This document shows, in pieces, positions 21,995-30,678 of a stretch of 64,000 nt of DNA (within the stretch, counting starts at the first letter, position 1; every line of letters starts with the position of its first letter). The position numbers were made by a program, and so were the translations under genes. Under the pieces are notes generated by a model. The model had not been told where the DNA came from, did no database searches, and was given only the letters and a program-made list of their open reading frames with translations. Origin of the DNA: an uncultured Actinomycetota bacterium (lineage in GTDB: Bacteria > Actinomycetota > Actinomycetes > Actinomycetales > Microbacteriaceae); contig CAVOIT010000006.1 of NCBI GenBank assembly GCA_963696115.1, positions 180 through 64,179 on the forward strand. Reading direction: 5' to 3'.

Positions 21995-22047
21995 ACGGGG
22001 AGTCGGAGGGCGGGGGACGGAGGGGCGGGGCGGGGACGGAGGAGGGG

Positions 22048-22933
22048 TCAGGTGCGGGGGGTGAGGAGGTAGGAGTTGAAGGATGCGGTGAGGGCGTCAT
22101 CCCGCGGAACGGGAACGCCGTCCACGGCGACGATCGGCACGGCGAGGCGGACGCTGGACAGGAGCCACGCGGCATCCGCCTCCACCAGGGCGGATGCCGG
22201 CAGGGTCTCGTACCCGGTGGGATGGCCGTGCTGCTCCAGCCAGGCGAACAGGCTCATCTGGGTCGTGCCGTGCAGGATGCCGATCCCCGGCTCCGGGGTG
22301 AGGAAGCGGTCGCCGCGGCGAAGCACGAGCGAGGCGGTCGGCGCCTCCAGCAGCATCCCGTCGCTGGAGACGTAGACGGCGTCGTCGGCGCCGCGGCGGC
22401 GCGCCTCCCGCAGCGCGGCCATGTTCGGCGCGTACGAGAGGGTCTTGGCGCCCAGCAGCAACCACGGCGCACGGGCGGACGCGGTGATGTCGTACCCGCG
22501 GTCCAGGGTCGCCACCCGCACGCCCGCCGGCGCGGACCGCGGTGTAGTCCGGCGCCTGCGCGGCGGTGACCCACGCGGTCGGCGCGGGCCCGTGCTCGAC
22601 CCCGCGACTGAGGATGAGCTTGATCACACACTCGCCGGGAGGGCACGACGCCGCCATGACCGCGATCGCCTGGCGCCACTGCTGCCGGTGCGGAGCGGGC
22701 AGGTCGCACAGCGTCGCCGAATGGCTCAGGCGATCCAGATGCGCTTCGACCTCCTGCGCGTGCGCGTCGACCACGCCGATGGACTCGAAGATGCCGTCGC
22801 CGCGCTGGGTGCTCAACTCCCCCACGCTGAGAGCCGGAGCGGATGCGTCGACCGGTGTGAACGTCTCCGTGAAGTCCGATCGGACGTCGGCGGTCCCGGC
22901 CGGCTCGAGCAGCAGTGCGCGGCGCCAGGTCAC
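22048..22933 (-). CDS. Class IV aminotransferase / aminodeoxychorismate lyase-like; apparent +1 indel near 22523
   Basis: RGDGIFES..HLDRL in one frame; GAKTLSYAPNM..LLEAPTAS..GILHGTT..SSVR in the other. Confidence 0.82.
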
Positions 22934-22986
22934 GGTGCGAGCCTACGCGGGAATGCCCGCCCGGCTCGTCCGGTTACACTGGATCG

Positions 22987-23064
22987 GCCGGGCCGCAGTA
23001 ACCCCGGGCTCCATCTTCTGCCGCTGCGAGCGGCCACGCGCCGAGAGGCGTTCTGCGGCCCGGC
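22987..23064 (+). ncRNA. Candidate structured small RNA (family not recognised)
   Basis: TACACT -10 at 22975-80; 12-bp closing stem and two internal hairpins, one with a GAGA tetraloop; lies opposite to both flanking genes. Confidence 0.55.
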
Positions 23065-23135
23065 ATCCTCATGTCCGGCCGACGCGGGGGCGTGCGGGCC
23101 GAGGCGAGGCGCGTGAGCGACGGGCGTGCCCCGGC

Positions 23136-23774
23136 TCAGATGAGGGCGTCGCGGCGCCAGAGCGCCGCCGCCGCGGCCAGGTCCTCGGCGAAGGTCGACA
23201 GCCGCAGCGCGCGGGTGGTCAGCGTGCTCGCGCGCTGCGGCTCGGTGGGTTCGTAGTCGTCCGCCACGTGCGTGGCGCCGGCTGCGTGCACGCGGCAGAA
23301 CGCCGCGGCACGGTCCAGCGCGATCGCGAAGTCGCCGGCGAACGCGCCGCGCAGGATCGTGTCGATGAGCGAGACGAGCTCGGCGGGACCCGCCGGTGCC
23401 GGCGCGCCCGCCACCACCACGTCCACGCCGGGGAGCTCCGTCCGGCCGCGGTCGAACAGCAGCGCGGATCCCTGGGGGTCGTCGTGGATCATGAGCTGCA
23501 GCAGGTACAGCCGCCACAGCGCTCCCGGGAGGGTGCGGGCCGGGGCGCGGGACCACAGCAGCGCGATGTCGTCGATGCCGTGGTCCCCGGTGAAGGCCAC
23601 CAGGCGGTCCACGGCGGCGGCATCCGCTCCGGCGCGCACCCGGGCCAGCAGACCCGAGGCCGTCGAGTGCGCCACCCGCGACACCTCGGCGGGGTCCTCC
23701 GCGGCGTAGAGGCGATCGAACACCTCGCCGGGGCGGCGGATCGGCTTGTGGAAGGACTCCGGGTCGTCTCTCAT
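23136..23774 (-). CDS. Conserved hypothetical protein
   Basis: 212-aa ORF with normal codon bias (DIALLWSRAPARTLPGALWRLY...ILRGAFAGDFAIALDRAAAF). Confidence 0.8.
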   Translation of the reverse strand: MRDDPESFHKPIRRPGEVFDRLYAAEDPAEVSRVAHSTASGLLARVRAGADAAAVDRLVAFTGDHGIDDIALLWSRAPARTLPGALWRLYLLQLMIHDDPQGSALLFDRGRTELPGVDVVVAGAPAPAGPAELVSLIDTILRGAFAGDFAIALDRAAAFCRVHAAGATHVADDYEPTEPQRASTLTTRALRLSTFAEDLAAAAALWRRDALI

Positions 23775-23830
23775 CGTTGTCGAGGCTACCCGCGGGGGCG
23801 CGCGCCTGGCACGAACTAGGCTGGACAGAC

Positions 23831-23903
23831 GGGCCTCTAGCTCAGTCGGTAGAGCATCGGACTTTTAATCCGCGGGTCGTGGGTTCGAGCCCCACGGGGC
23901 CCA
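23831..23903 (+). tRNA. tRNA-Lys (TTT)
   Basis: Cloverleaf; anticodon loop CTTTTAA; GGTTCGAGCCC T-arm; TAGGCT -10 upstream. Confidence 0.96.
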
Positions 23904-23921
23904 CCGCACCCCGAGCCGCGC

Positions 23922-24500
23922 TCAGCGACCGGCGGGGGTGAGGATGCCGCCGGCCGCCGCGATCTCGGCGAGGGCGGCAGCGCTCGCGTCCGTGTCTACG
24001 CCGGCCACCAGGTCGGTGAGCACCCGCACCCTGAACCCGGCGCGCAGCGCGTCCCGTGCTGAGGCGCGAACGCAGTGGTCGGTGGCGATCCCGGCGATGT
24101 CCACACTGCTCACGCCGTGCTCCTGCAGCACCTGCTCTGCGGTGCGACCGTCGTCGGCCACGCCCTCGAACAGTGAGTACGCGGGCCGGCCCTGACCCTT
24201 GCGGATGTGGTGGGTGACCCGGGAGGTATCGAAGCCGTCATCGTAGTCGGCTCCCGCGGTCCCGGCCACGCAATGCGGCGGCCACGTATCCCGGTAGTCC
24301 GGGTCGGCCGAGAAGTGGCCCCCGTTGTCGCCGGACGGATCGTGCCAGTCCCGGGACGCGAGGATCACCGCGTAGTCCTCGACGTGGTCCCGCAGATGGC
24401 GGGAAACAGCCCGGGCCACGTCGTCGCCTCCGGCGACGGCGAGCGCTCCGCCCTCCGTGAAGTCGTTCTGGATGTCGACCAGCAGCAGTGCCCGACTCAT
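23922..24500 (-). CDS. pncA: Nicotinamidase/pyrazinamidase (isochorismatase family)
   Basis: VDIQNDF, DWH, WPPHC, GIATDHCV. Confidence 0.9.
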   Translation of the reverse strand: MSRALLLVDIQNDFTEGGALAVAGGDDVARAVSRHLRDHVEDYAVILASRDWHDPSGDNGGHFSADPDYRDTWPPHCVAGTAGADYDDGFDTSRVTHHIRKGQGRPAYSLFEGVADDGRTAEQVLQEHGVSSVDIAGIATDHCVRASARDALRAGFRVRVLTDLVAGVDTDASAAALAEIAAAGGILTPAGR

Positions 24501-26584
24501 GACTCGAGGCTATCCGCCGGCGCTTGTTCGCGGGACAGTCGCGACGGCCACCAGATCGACCGTCCGATGTCGTAGGACACAGCGGGCACAAGAAGCGACC
24601 GCACGAGGAAAGTGTCCAACAGCACCCCGAACGCCACGATAAATGCCAATTGAGCCAGGAACAGGATCGGGATGACGCCCAGCGCCGCGAACGTTGCCGC
24701 CAGCACGAGACCGGCCGAGGTGATAACTCCGCCCGTGGCCACCAAGCCGCGCAGGATGCCGGGACGCGTGCCATGCCTGAGCGATTCCTCACGCACCCGC
24801 GTCATGAGGAAGATGTTGTAGTCGATGCCCAGCGCCACAAGGAACACGAACCCGTACAGTGGCACAGCGGGATCGGCTCCGGGGAAGTCGAACACGTGAT
24901 TGAAGACGAGCGCGCTGACTCCCATCGCGGCCGCGAATGAGGCGACCACGCTCGCTACCAGGAGCAGCGGTGCGAGCACGGCGCGCAGCAGCAGCATCAG
25001 GATCATCAGAATCACGACCAGCACAATCGGGATGATGACGGCGCGGTCCCGGATCGATGTGTCGTTCGTGTCCAAGGCTGTCGCCGTGACACCTCCGACC
25101 AGCGTCCCCGGAACATCCGCCTGGAGACTCTCCCGCACCGACCGCACCGTCGACTCGGCCTCGATCGAGTCGGGTGCGTCCGTTAGGGTCGCCACCAGTA
25201 GGGCGTCGGAACCGGCGACGATGGGATCCGAGACTGACTGCACGCCGTCCTGGTCACGCACCACCTCGGCTGCCGCCGCAGCCTGCTGGGCCGGGGCGAT
25301 GACGTACATGGGACTGCCGGTTCCGCCCGGGAAGTGGTCCCCGAGCACCTGCTGCCCGTCGCGGGCCTGGGAGTATCCGAGCACGAGATCGCTGGACTGC
25401 ACGCCGTCGGCCTTCAGTTGCAGCACGCCTGCACCGGCGATGAGCAGCACCACGCTCGCGCCGATCCACACCGGACGCGCATGGCGAGCGATAAGGCGCG
25501 CGATCTTCGGCCAGAGCCCCGGGACCGGTGCGCTCAGATCCTCGGGGAGGACGGCGGCTGCGCGGTGGGGGATGAACGGCCAGAAGGCGACCCGACCCAA
25601 TAATGCGAGGAGGGCGGGCAGGAACGTCAGTGCGACGAGGAACGCGCACCCGATGCCGATCGCGGCGATCGGACCGAGGGCTCGGTTGGTGGCCAGATCC
25701 GATAGCAGCAGGCACAGCAGGCCCGCCACCACGGTTCCTGCCGAGGCGAGGATCGGCGCGAACGCGCCGCGCCATGCCTGCACCGTCGCCTCCCAGCGGG
25801 TGAGGCCGGCGCCGATCCCCTCTCGGAAGCGCGCGACGTACAGCAGTGCGTAGTCAGTGGCGGCTCCGATGACCAGGATGAACAAGATTCCCTGCACCTG
25901 CCCGTTCAGCACCACCACACCGAGTTTGGCCAGCCACCAAACGACCAGGATCGCCAGGCTGAGGGCGAAGGTGGAGGCCAGCAGCACCAGCACAGGCAGC
26001 AGCGGCGATCGATAGACGATGATCAGGATCACGAACACCGCCGCCAAGGCCGTCAGCAGCAGGATCCCGTCAATTCCGAGGAAGCCGGCCACGAGATCCG
26101 CGCTGAACCCCGCCGGACCGGTCACCCACGCTTCGAGGGGGTCCGGGAGCGTGTCGGCGATCGTCGCTCGCAGCGACTCGACCGTGCCTCCGATGTCGCC
26201 GGAGCTGTCCACCGGGACGACGATCTGCACGGCCTGCCCGTCCTCCGATGGGATCGCCGGGGACACATCGCCGTGGACGCCCGGGACGGCGGCCATCTCG
26301 GCGGCGAGCTGCTGCGCCTGTCCGAGCTGAGCGGGACTGAGTGGGCCGTCCCCGGTGAGCACGATGACGGCCGGCACCGTGTCGTCGCCTCGGAAGTCGG
26401 CGAGCCGATCCGCGACCTGTGTGGCTTCGGCGCTGGAGGGCAGATAGGTGGACTGATCGTTGGTGGAGACCTCGTCGACCCTGCCGAAGTAGGGTCCCCC
26501 GACGGCCGCGGCCCCGAGCCACACGAGCACCAGGAGAGCAGGCACGCCGATCCGCAGCCAGGCGGGCGTTGTGGACGACTTCAT
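24497..26584 (-). CDS. MMPL/RND-family membrane transporter
   Basis: GAATDYALL and GIDYNIFLMTRVREE TM motifs; two-repeat architecture. Confidence 0.92.
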   Translation of the reverse strand: MKSSTTPAWLRIGVPALLVLVWLGAAAVGGPYFGRVDEVSTNDQSTYLPSSAEATQVADRLADFRGDDTVPAVIVLTGDGPLSPAQLGQAQQLAAEMAAVPGVHGDVSPAIPSEDGQAVQIVVPVDSSGDIGGTVESLRATIADTLPDPLEAWVTGPAGFSADLVAGFLGIDGILLLTALAAVFVILIIVYRSPLLPVLVLLASTFALSLAILVVWWLAKLGVVVLNGQVQGILFILVIGAATDYALLYVARFREGIGAGLTRWEATVQAWRGAFAPILASAGTVVAGLLCLLLSDLATNRALGPIAAIGIGCAFLVALTFLPALLALLGRVAFWPFIPHRAAAVLPEDLSAPVPGLWPKIARLIARHARPVWIGASVVLLIAGAGVLQLKADGVQSSDLVLGYSQARDGQQVLGDHFPGGTGSPMYVIAPAQQAAAAAEVVRDQDGVQSVSDPIVAGSDALLVATLTDAPDSIEAESTVRSVRESLQADVPGTLVGGVTATALDTNDTSIRDRAVIIPIVLVVILMILMLLLRAVLAPLLLVASVVASFAAAMGVSALVFNHVFDFPGADPAVPLYGFVFLVALGIDYNIFLMTRVREESLRHGTRPGILRGLVATGGVITSAGLVLAATFAALGVIPILFLAQLAFIVAFGVLLDTFLVRSLLVPAVSYDIGRSIWWPSRLSREQAPADSLES

Positions 26585-26608
26585 ATCGCTAGCTTATCTA
26601 GCAAATAT
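26583..26608. promoter_or_regulatory. AT-rich palindromic operator overlapping the MMPL promoter
   Basis: ATATC-GCTAG-CTTAT-CTAGC-AAATAT; minus-strand TAAGCT -10 just before a leaderless ATG. Confidence 0.5.
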
Positions 26609-26637
26609 GCTCGCCCACCACCCGCAGGCACGTCGGG

Positions 26638-27054
26638 TCATCCGCGCAGGAACAGCAGCCCCACGGATGCCGCGGCGCACGCGAGCGCGAGCAGGATCAT
26701 CCCGCCGGCGAACCGGAGAGTGAAGCGCAGGGGCGTGCTCGTGCGCCGCATCCGCATCCGGCCGGGATCCGCGGTGCTCGTGTAGATCTCCGTGGAATCG
26801 GCGCCGGCGAGGATGCGCCGCTCCTGCGCCGTCAGGACCGCGGAGTGCACGAGCCCGTCCCGTCCGATCCACCGCAGCTCGTCGCCGTCGGGGCTCGCCT
26901 CGACGACGGCGAGGGTGCGCTCCCACGTGCCGTCGAGGATGCGGAGCACGAGCGCGATCACGGCGAGTGCCGCCCCCGCCCCGACGCCGACGATCGCGAA
27001 CGTCTCCAGCAGCGCGTCCAGCGGTCGTGCCCAAGCGGGCTCTCCCGGTCTCAT
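26638..27054 (-). CDS. Hypothetical membrane protein (2 TM)
   Basis: 138-aa ORF with terminal hydrophobic helices. Confidence 0.65.
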   Translation of the reverse strand: MRPGEPAWARPLDALLETFAIVGVGAGAALAVIALVLRILDGTWERTLAVVEASPDGDELRWIGRDGLVHSAVLTAQERRILAGADSTEIYTSTADPGRMRMRRTSTPLRFTLRFAGGMILLALACAAASVGLLFLRG

Positions 27055-27148
27055 GCGGTGCCGTCGCGACCGCGGCAGGGCGGCCGCACGTTCCGATTAT
27101 CCCCGACGACGGCGGAGTGCCGAGATGTCGGGCTGGTTCACGTGTCGG

Positions 27149-27221
27149 AGCCACCTAAGGGAATCGAACCCTTGACCTATTCATTACGAGTGAATCGCTC
27201 TGCCGACTGAGCTAAGGTGGC
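27149..27221 (-). tRNA. tRNA-Thr (CGT)
   Basis: Reverse complement GCCACCTTAGCTCAG...CTCGTAA...GGTTCGATTCCCTTAGGTGGCT. Confidence 0.96.
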
Positions 27222-27310
27222 GGCTCGGGATCGGGATCCCGCCGTCGGCGCCCCGTGGACCGCGGCGGCGACGGTGACCCAGCATACCGGACCCCTCCCG
27301 GCGTCCCGGC

Positions 27311-28851
27311 TCAGCCGCAGCGCAGGTCACGTCGGGCGTCTCCCCGGTGCGGAAGTACGCCTCGACGGCTCCGTCCACGCAGCGGTCGCCCTTGTTGTAC
27401 CCGGTGTGACCTTCCCCCACGCGCGTGATCAGGATGCCGGAGGACAGCTGGTCGGCCAGCGCGACGGACCAGGCGTAGGGGGTGGCAGGGTCGTTGGTCG
27501 TGCCGATCACCAGGATGGGGGCGGCCCCGGAAGCCGTGATCGGACCGCGCACCCCGGTCGCCGGATGCAACCATGTGTCGCAGACGTCGACGGTGTTCCA
27601 GTACGGCGCCACGGTCGGCGCCTCGGACGCGAGACGCGCGTCGGCGGCAGCCTGCTCGGCGGGGGATTCGTCGTGCGGGTAGTCCAGGCAGTTGTAGGCG
27701 ATGAACGCCTCCGTCGAGTTGTCCAGGTAGCGACCGTCGGACCGGTTGTAGTAGAAGTCCGCCAGATCGAACGCGGCGGTCGGATCGCCCTGCTGCACCT
27801 GCGTGAGCGCGGTCGTCAGGTACGGCCAGCTCTCCTGGGAGTACAGCGCCGCGATGATCGCGGTGAGCAGCGCGTCGGCGCCCAGCATCCGCCCGTCGCC
27901 GTTCCGCAGCGGCGCCGCGTCGACCCGCGCGAGGAGGGTCCCGAGGTCCGCCATCCCCTCGTCGACGGTCCCCACGAACGGGCAGTCCGCGCCGTCGGAC
28001 AGGCACGAGGCCATGTAGGCCCGCAGCGCCGACTCGAAGCCCACCCCTTGAGCGGTGGACACCTCCAGCCCGGAGGTGGACGGGTCGATCGCGCCGTCGA
28101 GCACCATCCGCCCCACCCGGTCGGGATACAGCTCCGCGTACGTCGCGCCGAGGAAGGTGCCGTAGGAGTAGCCGAGGTAGTTCACGACCTCATCGCCGAG
28201 CACGCCGCGCAGCAGATCCATGTCCCGTGCCGCCTGCACGGTGGTGATGTAGGGCAGTATGCCGCCGCTGGCGGCCTCGCATGCGCGAGCGAACGCCGCG
28301 TTGCGGGCAGTGAGTTGCTCCTCCCACTGCGGCGAGTGGCGAGGCGCAGCGGCGATGCCGAACAGGTACTCGTCCATGGCGGCGGGGTCGTAGCACCGCA
28401 CCGCGGTGGACTCCCCCACCCCGCGCGGGTCGAAGCCGATGACGTCGTACTCGTCCTGCAGCTGCGCACCGACGGCGAAGTCGAGGGAGTCGCGGATCAG
28501 AGCGACGCCGCTCGCGCCCGGACCGCCCGGGTTCGTCAGGAGCGAGCCCTGGGCGGGGCCTTCGGCCCGGTGCCGGATGACGGCCAGGTCCAGCGTGCCC
28601 GCTTCGGGAGCCTCCCAGTCCAGGGGCGCGGTCACCGTGGTGCAGTCGAAGCCGGACCCGCAGTCCCGCCACTGCAGATCCTGTTCGTAGAAGGGCCGCA
28701 GCTCCGGCGCGACGCCCGAGCTGTCCGCCGTGCGCTCGGGAGATGTGGAGGGGTCCGCGCGGACCGAGACGAGGCATCCGGTGAGGGTGAGGCTCGCCAC
28801 CGCGAGGCCGGCGATCAGAGCGAGCACGCCGCTCGCGCGGTGTCGGGTCAT
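27311..28851 (-). CDS. Secreted alpha/beta-hydrolase (TAP-like peptidase lipoprotein); apparent indel near 27330
   Basis: NPGGPGASG, FDPRGVG, GYSYGT, DPATP, GEGH; the ORF as called runs into tRNA-Thr, while the shifted frame ends DLRCG* at 27311. Confidence 0.85.
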
Positions 28852-30020
28852 GCCGTCCTCCCGGTGGCGATGGTGATCAGCAACGACTCCAGCGCGAGCG
28901 CCGGCGCGACGTTGCGCTCCAGGTTCCTGCGGGTACGCGACAGGTCGTCGAGCACCGCCAGCGTGTGCGAGCGCGACCACTCCGATGCCCGTTCCCGCAG
29001 CAGGTCGGCGAGCTCCCGGTTGACCAGGTCGCCGTCCCGGCCGAACTGCACCATGAGCAGATCCCGGAACAGCGACTGCAGGTCGGTGAGGACGCGGTCG
29101 ATGCCGTCGCGCAGGCTTCGCGTGGCACGCCGCTTCTGCTCCTCCGCCAGAGAGGTCAATTGCGCCCGGACCGCGGGCGGGATGGCGGCGCCGTCGGCCA
29201 GCCCGACCGTGCGCAGCAGTGACTCGCGTTCGCCGCGGTCACGTTCGGCCGTCAGCGCCGCGGCGTCGTCGGTCGCCGCCTGCACAATCCGGGATGCCAC
29301 CTCCACCGCGTCGCTGACCCCGCGCACCAGAAGTGCGTCGCGCAGCGTGCGATCGCGGCGTTCCCGCGCGGACTCGTCCGTGGCGAGACGACGGGCCATG
29401 CCGATGTGGCGCTGCGCGTGCCGGGCAGCCTGCTCCGCGACGACCAGGTCGACGTTGCAGCGGCGAGCGACCAGCGCCGCCACATCCTCGAGCCGGGGCT
29501 CCCGCAAGCGCACCACCCGCACGCGGGATCGGATGGTGGGCAGCAGGTCGGCGTCGCTCGGGGCGCACAGCACCCAGACGGTGCGTTCCGGCGGCTCCTC
29601 CAGTGCCTTCAGCAGCACGTTGGAGGTGCGCTCGCTCATGCGATCGGCGTCTTCGACCACGATGACCCGGTACCGTCCCACGGACGGGGCGAACGATGCG
29701 CGTTCGACCAGCTTCCGGGCCTCGTCGATCCGGATCACGACCTGCTCGGTGCGCAGCGCGGTGACGTCGGGATGCGAGCGGGCGATCACCTGCGCCATCG
29801 CCGCGGTGTCACCCGGGTCGGCGATCAGTGCTGCTGCGAAGGCGTACGCGAGATTGGACCGGCCCGACCCGGGCGGTCCGGTGATGAGCCAGGCGTGCGT
29901 CATGGCCGCCGGGTCGGATGCCGCGTGCTGCAGAACCTGCACCGCGTCATGCTGGCCGAGCACGTCCCGCCACGGTGCAGCCTGCTCCTCCCGCGGCGCC
30001 TCCGCGGTCGCGCTGGTCAT
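28848..30020 (-). CDS. holB: DNA polymerase III subunit delta'
   Basis: HAWLITGPPGSGRS, NVLLKALEEPP, LPTIRSR; follows tmk. Confidence 0.92.
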   Translation of the reverse strand: MTSATAEAPREEQAAPWRDVLGQHDAVQVLQHAASDPAAMTHAWLITGPPGSGRSNLAYAFAAALIADPGDTAAMAQVIARSHPDVTALRTEQVVIRIDEARKLVERASFAPSVGRYRVIVVEDADRMSERTSNVLLKALEEPPERTVWVLCAPSDADLLPTIRSRVRVVRLREPRLEDVAALVARRCNVDLVVAEQAARHAQRHIGMARRLATDESARERRDRTLRDALLVRGVSDAVEVASRIVQAATDDAAALTAERDRGERESLLRTVGLADGAAIPPAVRAQLTSLAEEQKRRATRSLRDGIDRVLTDLQSLFRDLLMVQFGRDGDLVNRELADLLRERASEWSRSHTLAVLDDLSRTRRNLERNVAPALALESLLITIATGRTA

Positions 30021-30060
30021 CACCCCAGCGTAACGGTCGCCCCCGACGCCGCCGGCGGGA

Positions 30061-30678
30061 TCACAGCAGGGGCAGGACGCGCTCCCGCACGGCGTCCGCG
30101 ATCCGATCCACCGGCGCGGAGGCGTCCACGACGAGGAACCGACCGGGTTCGGCGCGGGCGAGGGCGCGATACGACTCCCTCACCCGCGCGTGGAAGTCGG
30201 CGGCCTCCGCCTCCAGCCGGTCGTACGGCTTGTCGTCGGCTTCGAGTCGGGTCCGGGCGGCCTCCGGGTCGAGGTCCAGGAGCACGGTCAGATCGGGTAG
30301 GGCCCCGTCAGCCGCCCACAGCGACAGCGCGCGCACCTGATCCGGGTCGAGCACGCGACCGGAGCCCTGATAGGCGACGGACGAGTCCAGGTAGCGGTCC
30401 TGCACCACCAGCTCGCCGCGGGCGAGCGCGGGGCGGACGACGGTGGCCACGTGCTGAGCCCGATCCGCCGCGTACAGCAGCGCCTCGGCGCGGGGTACCA
30501 CCGCGCCGCGATGGTGCAGCACGATGCTGCGGATGAGTTCGCCGACCTCGGTTCCGCCCGGCTCCCGCGTGCGCGTGACCACGCGTCCGCGGGCGGCGGC
30601 CCACCGCGCCAGACCCTCGGCCTGCGTGGACTTCCCCGACCCGTCGACGCCCTCGAACGTCACCCAGAGCCCGGTCAT
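30061..30678 (-). CDS. tmk: Thymidylate kinase
   Basis: FEGVDGSGKSTQ, REPGG, DRYLDSSVAYQG. Confidence 0.95.
   Translation of the reverse strand: MTGLWVTFEGVDGSGKSTQAEGLARWAAARGRVVTRTREPGGTEVGELIRSIVLHHRGAVVPRAEALLYAADRAQHVATVVRPALARGELVVQDRYLDSSVAYQGSGRVLDPDQVRALSLWAADGALPDLTVLLDLDPEAARTRLEADDKPYDRLEAEAADFHARVRESYRALARAEPGRFLVVDASAPVDRIADAVRERVLPLL

Noticed and set aside
27184-27310. Peptidase ORF extending into tRNA-Thr
   Set aside because: Better explained by a 1-nt indel; the shifted frame gives a natural end (DLRCG*) at 27311
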